The notes below the pieces were generated by a model, which did not search any database, was not told the DNA's origin, and was given only the letters and a program-made list of their open reading frames with translations. Shown here in pieces: positions 63,169 to 64,000 of a DNA stretch of 64,000 nt. The stretch's first letter is position 1. Every line of letters begins with the position of its first letter. The stretch is from contig JAFGIU010000057.1 of NCBI GenBank assembly GCA_016929445.1, positions 3,867 to 67,866 of the forward strand. Direction: 5' to 3'. The stretch comes from Candidatus Omnitrophota bacterium (GTDB taxonomy: Bacteria > Omnitrophota > Gorgyraeia > JAFGIU01). The translations under genes were made by a program, and so were the position numbers.

Positions 63169-64000
63169 TCAGGTCTGGGACCGGGCATTCACCCAGCGGT
63201 CCAACGCCTGGGCTGTCTCCGAGTCCAGATCTAAAAACTCCACGCCTAGGACATAGGGATCTGAACCGTCCTTGGCCGGAAAGCTTCTGGAAGCATGGGC
63301 CACTCGCGCCATCGCGCACACAGGGGCCGGCCCGCCCCAATCGCGCTGGGCCGCCAAATCCAAGGTCACCTTCACAGGCGTGCCCTTAGGCAGAAAGACC
63401 GCTGTGCGCACGGAAACCCCCTTGGCACTGAGATCTTCGGTGTAAGCTTGGACAGGACCGTCGGTAATCAATCGAATTGAGTGGTCGGTGAACTCCAAAG
63501 TCGCTGGATTCACGAAAGGCACGCGCGTGGATTCCCGCGTTTGCGGGGAACCCGGAGCAACGGAACCTTCATAATAAGAAAAGGCATCCAGCGGCGGCCC
63601 CGGACTTCCGTAAATGGCGTCCAGCGCCGAAAAAACCTGTCTTCCCGAGGCAATCACCGCCTCCACATCGAGCTGGGAACTGCGCCGGATCTCATCCAGC
63701 GCCGAAAGATTCAAGGGATTGGCCATGGCCACATAGAGCGTTCCCTCCACTTCAAAGAGCGGAGCAGCCAAAAACTCACGGGCCAAGTGTTCGGGAACAT
63801 ATTGGGAAAGGTTCAGACCCAAGCGGTAGGCGGAAAGGTCCACATAGGGCACAGATAGCTGGGCTCCGAAAAAACACGCCAGCTGTTCCTGGTTTAGAAG
63901 GCCTGAACGGACAAGTTCCGCCCAAATAGAACGCTCGCTGTTGCGCGCGCTCCATCGAACTTCATCCAGTTGCTGCCGGGTCAGAAGACCCGATTCAATA
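63169..64000 (-). CDS. GspE-N (T2SSE N-terminal domain)/PilZ-domain protein. Partial: the N-terminus lies beyond the right edge.
   Basis: The frame is open from 63999 (IESGLLTRQQLDEVRWSARNSERSIWAELVRSGLLNQEQLACFFGAQLSVPYVDLSAY...) and matches the GspE N-terminal domain. The C-terminal PilZ-like beta-barrel segment is ...VRTAVFLPKGTPVKVTLDL.... Confidence 0.6.
   Translation of the reverse strand, partial: IESGLLTRQQLDEVRWSARNSERSIWAELVRSGLLNQEQLACFFGAQLSVPYVDLSAYRLGLNLSQYVPEHLAREFLAAPLFEVEGTLYVAMANPLNLSALDEIRRSSQLDVEAVIASGRQVFSALDAIYGSPGPPLDAFSYYEGSVAPGSPQTRESTRVPFVNPATLEFTDHSIRLITDGPVQAYTEDLSAKGVSVRTAVFLPKGTPVKVTLDLAAQRDWGGPAPVCAMARVAHASRSFPAKDGSDPYVLGVEFLDLDSETAQALDRWVNARSQT

Noticed and set aside
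1-64000. CRISPR arrays, rRNA/tRNA genes, transposases or integrases.
   Set aside because: No regularly spaced direct-repeat array, no rRNA-like conserved blocks, and no transposase or integrase-like ORFs were seen.

Overview
High-GC (~60%) bacterial region. Nearly every gene is on the minus strand, with AT-rich islands only at putative promoters.

Contents from left to right (window coordinates; CDS coordinates in the feature list include the stop codon):
- 1-6417: the 5' part of a giant secreted protein. It has tandem FecR-like domains at the N-terminus followed by many bacterial Ig-like repeats. Its ORF runs off the left edge, which is why it is absent from the ORF track.
- 6420-9710: an AT-rich leader with a terminator-like attenuator hairpin, a small excisionase-family HTH gene, a GAF-domain sigma54-dependent regulator, and a DUF3307-like membrane protein.
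- 9849-18498: a type IV pilus assembly operon encoding a PilM-PilN fusion, PilO, PilP, PilQ, a coiled-coil protein, a TPR protein and PilC. It sits behind a sigma70-like promoter.
- 19047-22718: a 1223-aa protein combining a polytopic membrane domain with a spermidine-synthase-like domain.
- 22877-28290: three paralogous secreted His-rich beta-helix-like proteins. They lie directly downstream of a complete minor-pilin set (GspH/I/J/K-like, 28628-31875), which is the position a PilY1-type tip adhesin would occupy.
- 30382-31341: a GDP-mannose 4,6-dehydratase family gene.
- 32415-59053: a roughly 27-kb protein-glycosylation supercluster. It contains four TMTC-like GT-C proteins (DUF1736-like N-terminus plus TPR), three PMT_2/ArnT-like GT-C proteins (two with TPR), two YfhO-like proteins, a GT2 (Ppm1/DPM1-like) fused to a methyltransferase, a GT9 fused to a methyltransferase, two radical SAM/SPASM enzymes, an FN3-like periplasmic protein, a TPR protein, and a convergent GT-C-like gene on the plus strand.
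- 59353-60160: two tandem type IVa pilin genes with a rho-independent terminator downstream and a near-consensus sigma54 promoter upstream.
- 60284-64000: a PilS/PilR-like two-component system and a partial GspE-N/PilZ protein that runs off the right edge.

Two families of palindromic intergenic repeats mark gene 3' ends. Family A has the core CGTCATYSCGAG...CTCGYRATGACG. Family B has the arms GGGACGGTTCTCGC...GCGAGAACCGTCCC. One TMTC-like gene carries an apparent +1 frameshift at its 5' end.

Many ORF-track starts are upstream GTG/TTG codons. I moved them to ATG or coupled starts where the sequence supports it.
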